In this document: positions 46,808 to 57,805 of the stretch, in pieces | Position numbering within the stretch: the stretch's first letter is position 1 | Layout of the letters: each line of letters opens with the position of its first letter | Assembly: GCA_965240325.2 (NCBI GenBank) | Contig: OZ251246.1 | Location: 744,001 to 808,000, forward strand | Source: Rebecca billardiae RCC1528 | Taxonomy: Eukaryota; Protista; Haptophyta | Direction of reading: 5' to 3' | DNA: 64,000 nt | Notes under the pieces: model-generated | What the model was told of the DNA's origin: nothing | The model's input: the letters and a program-made list of their open reading frames with translations, nothing else | Databases searched by the model: none | Program-made: the position numbers and the translations under genes

Positions 46808-48070
46808 ATGGCCGCCGCCGACGTCCCGCCCGCGTACCTCACGTGCCTCGGTGTCTCGAACGTCGCGCCGTGGCTGGCTTACATCTCGGCGATCGACTAC
46901 CTGGACACTACCCTCCCGGCCGCTCGCCTCGGCTTCACCCTGCCCGTCGCCAACCTCTCCGCGCTCCTCCTCGTCACACTCGTGCTTGTCGTCTGCTCGG
47001 TGCAGCCGCCGCACGGAGCGCTCGTGCCGGTACTCGGCGTGCAGGCGGTGTGCGTCGCGGCCGTGCCGCTCCTAGACGCCGTGCTGCCACCAGCCGTGGC
47101 CGCGGCAGCCATCGTCCTCTCTGTGTGTATCTGCGCCGCCACGTCCGCCGTCTCGCAGGCGGTCGTCTACTCGCTCGCGGCCGCGCTCGGCAGCACGCGC
47201 CGCGGCTGGCCGTACCCGGCAGCGGTGGAGCTGGGCAAGGGGCTCGCCGGCTTCGTCATTATTTTCGTGCGCATCGGCACCAAGCTCGCCGTCTCGCCCG
47301 CCGAAGCCGACTTCGCGCCCGCCGAGCGCCGCTCGGCACTCGTCTTCTTTGCTTGCGCGTGCGGCGCGCAGCTGGGCGCATGCGCGGCCGCGCGCGCGCT
47401 GCTCGCTCGGCTGCCGCGCGACGGCGGCGTGGAGGGCGGCGACGGAGGCGCGCGCGGCGGCGCCGGCTCGCCGCTCCTCCAGCCGCCCAAGCCCGCTCCG
47501 CCGCCGCCCGCAGAACTCGGCGTCGTGCCCTCGCGCATGCGCACGACCGCACTCGCCGTCTCGGACCTCGGCGCCGCGCTTGTGCTCATCTTTGCAGTCT
47601 GCCTCGCCTGCTTCCCCGGAGTCGCGAGCGCGTTCCCGCCGCGCGCGGCGGCGCTGAAGGGGTGGATGGCGGTGGCGCTCGTGCTGTGCTTCAACGCGGG
47701 CGACCTCGTCGGCAAGGCGCTCCCGGCGTGCGTCGAGCTCTTCGACCGGCGCTCGCTGTGGCTGGGCGTGTGCGCTCACTCGCTGTTTGTGCCGCTGTGC
47801 TGCGCGCGCGCGCGCCCGCCCGCGGCGCTCCCGGCGTGGGCGGCGTCGGACGCGGCGGCGTTCGTGCTGATCGGCGCGCTTGGGCTGAGCACGGGCTACC
47901 TCTCCACCGCCGCCGTCGTCCTGCTGCCGCGCGCCGCGCCCGGCGGCACCCAAGCCGCGCGAGAGCTGGCCGGACAGGTAGGAGTCCTGTTCCTCGTGCT
48001 CGGGCTCTGCCTTGGCGCGCTCGGCGGCCTCGGCCTCTCGCGCGCGCTCGGCCTCGGGCCCGCCGGGTGA
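46808..48070 (+). CDS. Equilibrative nucleoside transporter (SLC29/ENT)
   Basis: LGVSNVAPW..I.AIDY, about 11 hydrophobic segments, FPG, FNAGDLVGK, GLSTGY, ELAG...L.LGL.LG. Confidence 0.9.
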   Translation: MAAADVPPAYLTCLGVSNVAPWLAYISAIDYLDTTLPAARLGFTLPVANLSALLLVTLVLVVCSVQPPHGALVPVLGVQAVCVAAVPLLDAVLPPAVAAAAIVLSVCICAATSAVSQAVVYSLAAALGSTRRGWPYPAAVELGKGLAGFVIIFVRIGTKLAVSPAEADFAPAERRSALVFFACACGAQLGACAAARALLARLPRDGGVEGGDGGARGGAGSPLLQPPKPAPPPPAELGVVPSRMRTTALAVSDLGAALVLIFAVCLACFPGVASAFPPRAAALKGWMAVALVLCFNAGDLVGKALPACVELFDRRSLWLGVCAHSLFVPLCCARARPPAALPAWAASDAAAFVLIGALGLSTGYLSTAAVVLLPRAAPGGTQAARELAGQVGVLFLVLGLCLGALGGLGLSRALGLGPAG

Positions 48071-48866
48071 GCCCAGCGACTGCAGTGAATGACGCGCACT
48101 ACGCGGATGTGAATGGTGACATCTGACACCGTTGAATTGGGCTGGCCGACAGCCCGGTAGCCGTAGCCTAGCGCGTGGACGACTCGGGCGCGGTCGTCCG
48201 GCCAGGCTGGCACCGCGTCACGGACACTCGTGCCGCGCGGCGCAGCCGCAGTCGTCGCCGATGCGCCCGGCCGGCCTGCTGACCGGCCGCACCGGGCGTG
48301 AGCCGCCCGCCCGGCGGCCCCGGGGACCTCGGAAAACAAGCAGCGACTACCCGTCTGCAGTGGACGAGGTCGCCACTCGGGAGCGCGTGGGCCCGTGCAT
48401 CAGTGCGAGGATTGTCGTCCTGTGTGAGCGTCGTGGTGCTTCCGCCGTCCTGTGTGGAGCGTGCACGGACGAGCGTGTCATCCTGCAGTCGCGTGGGCGG
48501 CGAATGCGCCTATGCGGCGATCCCTGAGGAGTGAGTTCCAGAGTGGTAGAGAGCCACCGGACCAATTCTATGATTTAAAGACACAGGCACGAGGGCGCAG
48601 CTCTCCTGATTCGTCTGTCGAAGTACTGAATGGAGTTCAATGGAGGATGTCGGAGCGCGTTGGCCGCGGGTGAGGGAGTCGTCGTATCCGATGCTGAGCA
48701 CATGGTCACTGAGGTAGTAGGCGCCCGGGGATGCCGCTGTTTTGCAGTCGTCGTCGGCCTTGGTCATCATGTAGTTGCCCGCCTCGTCGACCGAGGCTGT
48801 TCAAGTTGATGCCGTAGTGCAGGTAGTGGGTGTGGTCGCCCGGGCCGGTGTGCGCGGCCTAGTGGC

Positions 48867-49003
48867 CTTGCCGAGTTGAGGGAGTAGTCGCCCTTGCCGT
48901 TGAGGAAGTCGTCGTCCTTGCCGTTGAGGAAGTCGTCGCCCTGGCCGCAGAGGAAGTCGTCGCCCTTGCCGTTGAGGATGTCGTCGCCCTGGCCGCTGAG
49001 GAT
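48867..49003 (-). repeat. 24-nt coding tandem repeat (GDDFLNGK x5), probably in a gene relic
   Basis: Units GGCGACGAC(A/T)TCCTC(AA/TG)CGGC(A/C)AG; the reading frame breaks immediately downstream. Confidence 0.75.
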
Positions 49004-49404
49004 CAGGATGCCTGCCCTGCCCGGCTGGGCGCACCTGGCGCGCCAGCGCCGCGCGCTGCTCTAGGCCAGCGACAACGGCGCGGCAGCAGCCAGAGCTCTG
49101 AAAGCTACAATCTATTACATTTTCGTCGTCTTGTAATGAACAATGAAAACTTATCCTCATCAGGAAATGATGATGGATGATGATGAATACTCGAGTTCGG
49201 TGTTCGGTTTTGTTGTTACATTATCATACAGTAGGAGCCAGGAGGGATCGCGATCATGTATCATAGCGCATGCCTCACGTAACGTATGTTATGCGTCGAT
49301 CGAATTTCATAATAGTCTTCGTCATCATCATCCACGGAACGATACTGGAGATACGTGCTCGTTATTGGGTATCGAGTTCGATCTGCGTGGGCCAACAGCT
49401 GGCG

Positions 49405-50565
49405 ATGCTCACGCTCATCAACCTCATCCTCCTCGGCAGGATGCACAAGCCGGACCACTTCTGCCCCGACGTGGTCGGGCCGGTAGGGCGGGGCGTCATC
49501 GGCCTGCCGAGGCGTCCAGGAACCGCCGAGCCCTCGCGCTTCGTGCTGCGTCACATCTCTAAGTGCGGTGGCACGGTCGCCGGAGGCCTTGTCAAAATCG
49601 CGCTCAACGAGACGCGCTACGTGTTCGTCAGTGACCGGCATGCGATGCACCGCGACGTCGGGAAGCGGGCGGGGCGGCACTTCAGCGCCGTCCTCACGCG
49701 CAACCCGTGCGCGCTCTACCTCTCGCTCGTCGGTTTCGACCACCTCAAGCCGTGGCGCACCATGGTCGCAGAAAACAAGCAAAGCCCGCAAAGGCCGCCC
49801 GACGACGCGGCGGATTTCGCGGCGTGGAGGAAGTACATGGCGAGCTGGATCGCCGGCGCGCGGTACGGCCCGGGCGTGGGGTACGCGTCGCACGACCACT
49901 GGACTGCCGTGATCGCGCCCGAGTGCAAGCGCACCAGCAGCGCACAGGACTCGGCTTGGCCATGCGCCAACTGCACGCGACGGCGAGCCGCCGCAGAGCT
50001 GCGGGCTGCTGACCCGGCGGCGTTCGCGCACTGCTGGGTTGCGAACGAGCGGCTGGGCGAGGACCTGCGTGAGTGCCTGCGTGCGTACGAGGCGCACGCC
50101 AACGCGAGCCTCTTGCCCGCCGAGTGGGCAGCGCTCGAGCGCGGGCTGGCCGAGCCTTCCAGCCTGCTGCCGCCGAGCAAGCAACTGGGGACCCGGGCCA
50201 AACGCCACCCGGACTGCCAGAGCGTCTTCACGCGGGGCGGTGCGCTTGAGGAGCTTGTGTTCGAGCTCGACGGCGCGCTGTTCCGCTCGCTCGGGTACGA
50301 GTCGTGCTGCACGCCGCGCAACCTCACGGCCGCGGCGCTGCATGGCCAAGCGGCTGCCATGCGGCTGTGGCCAGCCGGGCCATGGGGGCATGAGCGGCCG
50401 ACTGGGCGGCCGAGGCCTCGCGCTGTGCGCCCCGCGCAGCTACCGCCGCGCCAGGCCGTGCGGCGGGACAGGCCGCGTGCGGCCCCAGCCCCGCTTCGCA
50501 AGCCGACGGCCGGCATGAAGAAGGACATCAAGCCAAAGGGGAAGGTGGAACATCGCGCGCTCTAA
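49405..50565 (+). CDS. Sulfotransferase (Sulfotransfer_2-like), copy A
   Basis: LRHISKCGGT (5'-PSB), VLTRNPCALYLS (3'-PB), ANERLGEDL; short hydrophobic N-terminus. The start may lie further upstream (ORF open from 49270). Confidence 0.75.
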   Translation: MLTLINLILLGRMHKPDHFCPDVVGPVGRGVIGLPRRPGTAEPSRFVLRHISKCGGTVAGGLVKIALNETRYVFVSDRHAMHRDVGKRAGRHFSAVLTRNPCALYLSLVGFDHLKPWRTMVAENKQSPQRPPDDAADFAAWRKYMASWIAGARYGPGVGYASHDHWTAVIAPECKRTSSAQDSAWPCANCTRRRAAAELRAADPAAFAHCWVANERLGEDLRECLRAYEAHANASLLPAEWAALERGLAEPSSLLPPSKQLGTRAKRHPDCQSVFTRGGALEELVFELDGALFRSLGYESCCTPRNLTAAALHGQAAAMRLWPAGPWGHERPTGRPRPRAVRPAQLPPRQAVRRDRPRAAPAPLRKPTAGMKKDIKPKGKVEHRAL

Positions 50566-50944
50566 CCGTGTCCGTTACCGTGTGACGACGCCGTCATTGA
50601 CGATATATCGTCTTTTTATAGCAGTAGTACTAGCTAGTAGCCACAGCGGCAGCCAGCAGGCCCAGCCTCTCTAGGCTCTCCGATGATGCTGGCAACCGGC
50701 GTAGTCTCTTCGGAGGCAACGGCGCCCGGATGGCGACCGTTTGCTCCGATTGCTCATGCTGGCACAACATACTGATAATGACGATACGTTAACTCGGTCG
50801 GTGATACTGATACTGTTCATCGACGATCGTTCGTCCGCGATATATATACTCATTCGCGAGCGCCTAATCGTAAGAGTCCGCGGACTTGATATGCTGCGGT
50901 GGTAGTGACTGACGAAGTCTGACGAATGCACGCATGTAACTCGG

Positions 50945-50945
<1 letters not shown>

Positions 50946-51003
<58 letters not shown>

Positions 51004-51032
51004 TATAATATATATATATTATATATATATAC
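50946..51032. repeat. (TA)n-rich tract
   Basis: Seen directly. Confidence 0.95.
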
Positions 51033-51036
51033 GGAA

Positions 51037-51093
51037 TAATGGCGCGCGGTGCTGCAGGGCGGAGCGCGCAGCGTGGAGCCCGCAGTGCGGGCC
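51037..51093 (+). mobile_element. Solo end of the Helentron-like family found at 31521-33280
   Basis: TAATGGCGCGCGGTG..CAGGGCGGAGCGCGCAGCGTGGAGCCCGCA..GCGGGCC matches the reverse complement of 33226-33280; adjacent to (TA)n. Confidence 0.65.
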
Positions 51094-51462
51094 CTAAGTC
51101 ACCAGTATTAACATTACCTATTAATATGCTTTAATTAATAAGCTGCTATGCGTAGCACTCGGCGCCGGTGTGCCTGTGCAGCTGTAGCCGCCGTTCTCGC
51201 TGAATGTGTCAGTCACTGTTGACTGTGCGCCGACGGCGACGGCGACGGTCACGGAGTCGGACACGGTGCGACTCGGCGAGTGGACTCACTGCCACTGGTG
51301 AGTGGTGACCGACTGACCGTGACGCCCGCACCGTGAGGGCTCTGTCGTCGCCGCATGGCGCCCGGCGGGTGTGAGTAGGCACCCGCAGCAGTCCATCTCG
51401 CTGGACTGACACCATGAGTACTGGCCGGCGCCCGGCATCCGGTGGAACCATGCCGCTGCAGC

Positions 51463-52509
51463 ATGGCGGCAGGCCTGCCGATGCTCGCGCTCACGCTGCT
51501 CGGTCGCAGAGGCAAGCCGGACCACGTCTGCCCCGACGTGGTCGGGCCGGTCGGGCGGGGCGTCATCGGCCTGCCGATGCGTCCAGAACCCGCCGAGCCC
51601 TCGCGCTTCGTGCTGCGCCACATCTCTAAGTGCGGTGGCACGGTCGCCACCGCGCTCGTCGGAAGTGCCCTCAACAAGTCGCGCTACGCGATCATCAGCG
51701 ACCGGCAGGCGATGCACCGCGACGTCGGGAAGCGGGCGGGGCGGCACTTCAGCGCCGTCCTCACGCGCAACCCGTGCGCGCTCTACCTCTCGCACGTCGG
51801 TTTCGACCATGTCAAGCCGTGGCGCACCATGGTCGCACAATCCAGACAAGCGCCGCCCACGCCGCCGGACGACATGGCGGATTTTGTGGCGTGGAGGAAG
51901 TACATGGCGAGCTGGATCGCCGGCGCGCGGTACGGCCCGGGCGTGGGGTACGCGTCGCACGACCACTGGACTGCCGTGATCGCGCCCGAGTGCAAGCGCA
52001 CCAGCAGCGCACAGGACTCGGCTTGGCCGTGCGCCAACTGCACGCGACGGCGAGCCGCCGCAGAGCTGCGGGCTGCTGACCCGGCGGCGTTCGCGCACTG
52101 CTGGGTTGCGAACGAGCGGCTGGGCGAGGACCTGCGTGAGTGCCTGCGTGCGTACGAGGCGCACGCCAACGCGAGCCTCTTGCCCGCCGAGTGGGCAGCG
52201 CTCGAGCGCGGGCTGGCCGAGCCTTCCAGCCTGCTGCCGCCGAGCAAGCAGCTGTGGACCCGGGCCAAACGCCACCCGGACTGCCAGAGCGTCTTCACGC
52301 GGGGCGGTGCGCTGGAGCAGCTTGTGTTCAAGCTCGACGGCGCGCTGTTCCGCGCGCTCGGGTACGAGTCGTGCTGCACGCCGCGCAACCTCACGGCCGC
52401 GGCGCTGCATGGCCAAGCGGCTGCCATGCGGCCGTGGCCAGCCGGGCCATGGCGGCATGGCCGCATGAGCGGCTCGGTGGTTGGAGCGCTCAGTCGAGGC
52501 CGCGCATAG
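51463..52509 (+). CDS. Sulfotransferase (Sulfotransfer_2-like), copy B
   Basis: Tandem paralog of 49405-50565 with the same motifs; different C-terminus. Confidence 0.75.
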   Translation: MAAGLPMLALTLLGRRGKPDHVCPDVVGPVGRGVIGLPMRPEPAEPSRFVLRHISKCGGTVATALVGSALNKSRYAIISDRQAMHRDVGKRAGRHFSAVLTRNPCALYLSHVGFDHVKPWRTMVAQSRQAPPTPPDDMADFVAWRKYMASWIAGARYGPGVGYASHDHWTAVIAPECKRTSSAQDSAWPCANCTRRRAAAELRAADPAAFAHCWVANERLGEDLRECLRAYEAHANASLLPAEWAALERGLAEPSSLLPPSKQLWTRAKRHPDCQSVFTRGGALEQLVFKLDGALFRALGYESCCTPRNLTAAALHGQAAAMRPWPAGPWRHGRMSGSVVGALSRGRA

Positions 52510-52690
52510 CCGTCGCACGGGTGTCGCCATTCCATCAAGCCGCGCGGCCCCAGCCGCGCATTGGTGGTGGAAGCCGACGACGGCGTGGGCCGCGGCGCCC
52601 GCGGCCGACCAAAAATATTCGATCGTCATAATGGCGTCAATCACGCCTTAACCAAGTGTGCACGTTAAAACATAGTAAACTGTATATATA

Positions 52691-53487
52691 GTCCACCGCC
52701 CAGGCGCAGGCGGTGCTCGGCACGGACCGCAAGCGCGTGCCGGTGGTGGACCTGAGTGCCGAGGTGCACGGCAACTGTACCCTGTTCGAGGTCAAGACCA
52801 TCTCGCTGAGCCAGTCGCGCTACAGGGTGAGCGACGGCCGCAACGGTGCGGTGCGCCACCGCGCGGAACTCGTCCCGCGCGAGCGGCGCAAGCAGCTGCA
52901 GCTCCTCGACCGCGAGGTCTACGGCACGCTTGAGGGCCAGGTGGGCCCATACGAGGCGCGGCTCGACACCTTCCCCGCGATCGTCCCGATTGTCGTGGGG
53001 GCGTTCGGCGAGTGGAGCGCGGAGGTGGACCTCACCCTCAAGAAGATCGCCAAGATGGGGCGGGACACGTGGCGCGCGCGCCTCAGCGCGCCCTCGCGCC
53101 CCGCCGCCGAGCGCGCGCTGCTCGGCACCATGCGGCGCGAGCTGGGCATGCGCTGCCTGCGTGGCCAGGCCAAGATGCTCATCGCCCGCGCGCGCATGGC
53201 GCACGTGCGCCCGGGGGCACGCGCCCGCGGGGGCGCTGCATACGACGACTACTTCGAGACGACGGCTGACGACGCGTGGCACCGCGACCACCGCGGTGGC
53301 GCGTGCGCGTCGACGCCAGACGGTGCGTCGAGCTTCCGCTCGGCGATGGAGTGATGGGCGACTATGAGGGGGGGGACGACGGCGAGGAGCGCTGATCCTG
53401 GTGTTTGTCTCTGCTGCTCGATCTGCTGCTACAGCTTGCTGACTCTGACGCCTGCCCGTTGCATACCACGTCGTTAATATATAATAT
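52691..53487 (+). mobile_element. 5'-truncated CRE-clade non-LTR retrotransposon (RLE endonuclease C-terminus, 3' UTR, TA tail)
   Basis: ORF 52713-53354 has PVVD...FEVK (PD-(D/E)xK), IVPIVVGAFGEW and LGMRCLRGQA, typical of CRE-type RLE ends; TA runs on both sides. Confidence 0.75.
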
Positions 53488-56400
53488 GGGAAAAGTACCG
53501 TTGGTGGCACTTCGCCGAAAAATTGGTACCGTTGGTGGCGGGTACCGTTGGTGGCACTCCAGCCCAAATTTGGGCCCGTTGGTGGCAGTCGGCCGTGCGG
53601 CCGAAAACTTTCGCGCCTTCGCCGCGGGCGAGAAGGCCGGCGAGCAGGCCGGCACGCTGCGTTGGACGTGCGCGGCTCGCGCGCACGCGCGAGTGCAGGC
53701 CGTGTGTCAGTGGGCGCAGACTCAGCACGGCCGTGCGCGCCATGTCGCGTGCCGCCGCCGTGCATGGCGCTCGCACAGCGCCACCATCGCGCCGTCACAT
53801 GCGAAAGCACGGGCGGCGGCGCGGCGCGGTGGTGGCGCGCGCCGGGTTGCGCGCACCGCCCCGTGGCAGTGTACGCGGTGGGTGGCGACGCGCGTGGCCC
53901 TTGCGAGGCGCGCAGCCGCGCGCTCCGTGAACGCGCCGCAATTGCGCGCGCGCACGGCCGTGCTGCGGCGCTGCGGCCCCACAGGGCTGTGCGCATTGCG
54001 TAATGGTGGCGGTGATGCGCGGCTCGGCGGGCGACAGCGCGCGTGGCCGCGCGGGGCGCGCAGCCGTTGGACGCGCCACGTGGACGCGCCACCGTCGCGC
54101 GGCGCGCGCGCGGCCGCGCCGCGGCGCGTGCTCGCAATGGTGGGCCGGCCACGCACGCGCGTGTGCGTGCGTCGCGCATCAGCGCCAGAGCGCGCCGCCG
54201 GCGCGCGCAGGGCTGCGCGCACCACGTCAAGTGGTGCCCGCATGGCGGTGGTGATGCGCGGCGCGGCGGGAGACAGCGCGCGTGGCCCGTGTGAGGCGCG
54301 CAGCTGCACGTCCCGCAGAAGCGCCGCCATTGTGTGGGGCGCGCGCGGCCGCGCCGCGGTGCGCACTCCGCCCAACGCGGTGCGCGCAGCCCGGCCCGCA
54401 CTGGCGCCGCGGCGCGGCCGTGCGCGCGCCGTGCGATGGCGATGCGCACGCGCAATGGCGGTGCTCCCGCTGGGCGCGCGGCTGCGCGTGGCTGCGAGCC
54501 GCGCGCGGGCCACGCGCGCTGTCGCCCGCCGCACCGCGCATCACCACCGCCACGCGGGCACCACTTGACGCGGTGCGCGCACCCCTGTGCGCGCCGGCGC
54601 GAGCGCACCACAATTGCATGCGGTTAGTGCGGGCCGGGCTGCGCGCACCGCGCTGGGCGGTTCCCGTCTCTTGGACGTAGTGCGCGGTGACAGCGCGCGT
54701 GGCCCCGCGGGGTGCGCAGCTGCGCGCCTCGCTGACGCGCTGCTATTGGCTGCGCGCGGCCGCAACGTAGTGGCGCCGGCTCGCGCTGATGGCCTGCGCA
54801 CACCACGCGGTGTGCCGGCGCCTGTGCCGACGCCTCCGCCACCGGTGCCGCTGCGCTCCGCGCAGCTGCTGCCACCATCAGCTCGATCCACCACATCCGC
54901 CACCGCCACCGCCGTCGTTGCAGCCGCCCCCGCCGCCCCCGCCTCCGCCGCCTCGCTGCGAGCCGCAGCTGCTGCCACCCTGACTCACCTGAGCTCCACC
55001 ACCGCCGCAGCCGGTGCCCCGGTGCCGCCGCAGCCACCCGCCGCGCAGCGGCTGCCACTTTCAGCCTCAGCCACCGCCTTAGCCGGTGCAGCCGCCGCCG
55101 CCACCGCCGGCGTCACCCCCGCCCCCGTCCCCGCCGAGCGGCGCCGAGCGGCTGCTGCTGCCATCCTGAGCGCCGCCACCGCCGCCAATGGTGCCGCAGG
55201 TGCCGCCGTCGCCACGCGCAGCGCGGCGGCTGCCACCCTCAGCCACCACCTCAGCCGGTGCCGACGCCACCGCCACTACCGCCGCGCCGCTGCAGTCAGT
55301 GCCGCTGCCGCCGCGTGCCGCGAGGCAGCCCCCGTCCTCAACCTCCGTCACAGCAGCAGCAGCCACTTCAGCTGTGCCGCCGCCGCCGCCGCCGTTGCAC
55401 GCAGCACTGCTGCCACCACAACTGCAGCTTGCAGCACCTGCTGATGGCTGCTCTGCAGGTCCAGCTGGCACGCCTGCAGGCCGTTCAGCAGCAAATCGCT
55501 TAGACTCCGGGTCGCTGCTGTCCAGGTTCTTCATCAGGCTGCTGGTGCTGTTGCCCACTGATGAGTCGTGGCGGATGGTGATATACACCAGAGGCGGCCC
55601 ATTTTGACCACATGCTCACCGCTGCTGGTGCGCAATCGCCATCGTCTGAGTACAGTGCCCTCATCAACAATTGATTAACCTTATATTGTGTTTGACTGTT
55701 TATATAATACCATCAGCTCTATCACTGCTTGAGGCCCACTGCTGCATGCTATCTGTCACTGCGCGTATAGCCCTTACAGACCAGGTGGGTATATGAGCTG
55801 CATGGGCGGGTGATGTGTGGGCTGAGTCAGTCAGTAGAGAAATTGAGTGCTCAGGTAGTGCACAACCTGCTGACAGTGGGCAGGTGCTGTGAGGGGGCGC
55901 TGTACCACCACGATGGTAGGCAGGGATGGAAATAATCCACCCGGGCCCTGGCGCTGCAGCTGCATGGCCTTTGATACTGCCTAGCAGCCAGCCTAGCACT
56001 ACAGGCTACAGCCTTATAGGGCCTGAGCAGTGCTACTTCAGTGCACAGGCCACGTCTCTGCAGGGGTTGGTGGGGCGGAATGGCCCGGCCACAGTGCACT
56101 AGATGGCAGATGCACCTAGCCTGCCAGTGGCCCACCTGCTGATTGTTGTGTATGCCCTGTCGCACAGCACATAAGGCTCAGACGAAAATCAGCGGCGCAC
56201 TGTGCTACTGTACACTCTGGGCTGAAAGAGGTGTGGGAGCCAACGGTCACGTCCGAGCTGGCCGGCTTCACATGCTGCCCAGAGGAGTCCTCCAATAGTC
56301 ATCAACCCGGCTGACGTCATGATGCGTGGGTGGCTGGGTGCAGCTCGACCGAATGGAGAGTGCCTTAGCAGCAGGTGTCCGTCATGCAAGCCTAGGCAGC

Positions 56401-57681
56401 CAGGAGTAGGTGTAGTGATGTGCAGGTGTGCTCTCCAGAGGGTAATCAATTGTTGAGAGGACTGTAGGTGCTCTTGCGGTAGCACATTGCGGGGATGGAA
56501 GGCAGCAAACGTGCGTTCATCAGCGGTGGGAAATGCAGTCAGCAGCTGCTGCCCCACATATGCTGCTCCAAATGGGCTCTCTGGCTCAGCGCAGCTGAGC
56601 GCCAGGCTCCACCACTCCATGCTGCCAGCTGCACTGCACTGCAGTCCGAGCCAACATGAGGCTTGCACAGCTGGTCGTCGTTCCTGTGGCCCACTCAAAA
56701 GTGGTCCCGCTTGAGACGCTTGCTCAGCTCTGCAGGAAGTGCACCACCCCTCACAAAAACTGCGTGCACCCACGCCCGCAGCTGAGCCCACACCTTCAGG
56801 GCTGACTTGGCCTTGGCTGATGGCACAAGCACACAGTGCTGCTTCTGCACTTGATTGAATGCCCTTGCAGCCTCCTGTTGCACAACATCGACGCCATCTG
56901 CTCTTCAGGCGAGCTCCACTGAAGTCAACGAGTCCACAGCAGAGTAGCCAACAGCCTTGAAGTGGGGCCCGCCTGCCTGCGTCCTCACAAACCATAGTGC
57001 CACCTCAGACTCACCAGCTGCACCAAATGAGAATGCATGCATGGCTTGTCTACATTTCCCTGCCTCAGTCCCATGCGATTGCGGCGCGTCCACTGGGCGC
57101 ACGGCTGCGCGCCCCGCGCGGGCCACGCGCGCTGTCGCCCGCCGAGCCGCGCATCACCGCCACCATTACGCAATGCGCACAGCCCTGTGGGGCCGCAGCG
57201 CCGCAGCACGGCCGTGCGCGCGCGCAATTGCGGCGCGTTCACGGAGCGCGCGGCTGCGCGCCTCGCAAGGGCCACGCGCGTCGCCACCCACCGCGTACAC
57301 TGCCACGGGGCGGTGCGCGCAACCCGGCGCGCGCCACCACCGCGCCGCGCCGCCGCCCGTGCTTTCGCATGTGACGGCGCGATGGTGGCGCTGTGCGAGC
57401 GCCATGCACGGCGGCGGCACGCGACATGGCGCGCACGGCCGTGCTGAGTCTGCGCCCACTGACACACGGCCTGCACTCGCGCGTGCGCGCGAGCCGCGCA
57501 CGTCCAACGCAGCGTGCCGGCCTGCTCGCCGGCCTTCTCGCCCGCGGCGAAGGCGCGAAAGTTTTCGGCCGCACGGCCGACTGCCACCAACGGGCCCAAA
57601 TTTGGGCTGGAGTGCCACCAACGGTACCCGCCACCAACGGTACCAATTTTTCGGCGAAGTGCCACCAACGGTACTTTTCCC
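53488..57681. mobile_element. Mutator-like (Pack-MULE-like) element, about 580-bp TIRs, 8-bp TSD TATAATAT
   Basis: TIRs 53488-54067 and 57101-57681 start GGGAAAAGTACC and each holds 4x CCGTTGGTGGC; TATAATAT at 53480-53487 and 57682-57689. Confidence 0.9.
56540..57042 (-). pseudogene. CpG-decayed cargo ORF inside the MULE-like element
   Basis: ORF pieces 56905-57126 and 56695-56883 share one frame and each ends in a TGA (plausibly from CGA); the region is strongly CpG-depleted. Confidence 0.45.
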
Positions 57682-57805
57682 TATAATATCATCACCGCCG
57701 TGAAAACCGAAAAGGTAAAGGGAAGCTAAACTGAAAACGCCGCATGAAAGCGGCCGCGCGGCGCCCGCGCTGCGCACGCCCTGCGCTCAAGTTTGAACGG
57801 CCAGG

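Noticed and set aside
48867-49003. 24-nt repeats as CRISPR
   Set aside because: Head-to-tail with no spacers; codon-phased.
50680-50780. Possible C/D snoRNA (ATGATG...CTGA)
   Set aside because: Imperfect C box, no terminal stem, no recognisable rRNA guide.
53498-53590. CCGTTGGTGGC repeats as a CRISPR-like array
   Set aside because: Repeats too short, spacing irregular, mirrored in the other TIR; no cas genes; eukaryotic context.
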